NCBI GenBank assembly: GCA_030390025.1 | Contig: CM059432.1 | Location: forward strand, 80,044,001-80,108,000 | Source of the DNA: Squalus acanthias | Lineage: Eukaryota | Direction of reading: 5' to 3' | Length of the DNA stretch: 64,000 nucleotides | Part shown: one piece after another, positions 63,996 through 64,000 of the stretch | How positions within the stretch are numbered: position 1 is the stretch's first letter | How the letters are laid out: every line of letters starts with the position of its first letter | Made by a program: the position numbers and the translations under genes | The notes under the pieces: generated by a model | The model's database searches: none | What the model was told of the DNA's origin: nothing | What the model saw: the letters and a program-made list of their open reading frames with translations, nothing else

Positions 63996-64000
63996 GCCCG

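Larger units (their letters stand above)
61236..64000 (+). mobile_element. PIF/Harbinger DNA transposon (two convergent genes), degenerate, continues beyond window
   Basis: Left TIR-like GGCCTAGAAATTC, transposase on + and a second long ORF on - converging at ~62920-63090. Confidence 0.85.

Overview
Eukaryotic, repeat-rich vertebrate DNA, most likely from a cartilaginous fish (inferred from the CR1/L2/DeuSINE/Penelope/Harbinger repeat mix). The only host gene is the 5' end of ARFGEF1 (BIG1) on the minus strand. Coding exon 1 (56735-56612) reads [41 protein letters not shown] and splices over a 55.9-kb intron to a 31-nt exon 2 (691-661, E-EIKSETEKQ). The intron contains many decayed CR1, L2, RTE and other LINE fragments, tRNA-SINEs including two DeuSINE-like copies, and five PIF/Harbinger-type MITEs with 3-bp TSDs. 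It also has a pogo/Tc1-type MITE nested in a hAT MITE nested in a LINE, and a ~9.5-kb strand-asymmetric C-rich satellite that is G-rich in the pre-mRNA. Four Penelope-type fragments carry minimal hammerhead-ribozyme motifs; one is folded into a perfect 94-bp inverted repeat with a 17-bp direct repeat. Upstream of the gene lies a degenerate two-gene Harbinger transposon that runs off the window. The long Pro/Gly-rich ORFs in the ORF track are satellite artefacts. All assignments come from reading the sequence by eye and from recalled family features; no searches were run, and TE boundaries without a stated TSD are approximate. I see no clear novel multi-gene system. The best leads are the ribozyme-bearing inserts, the Harbinger/MITE family and the G-rich intronic satellite.
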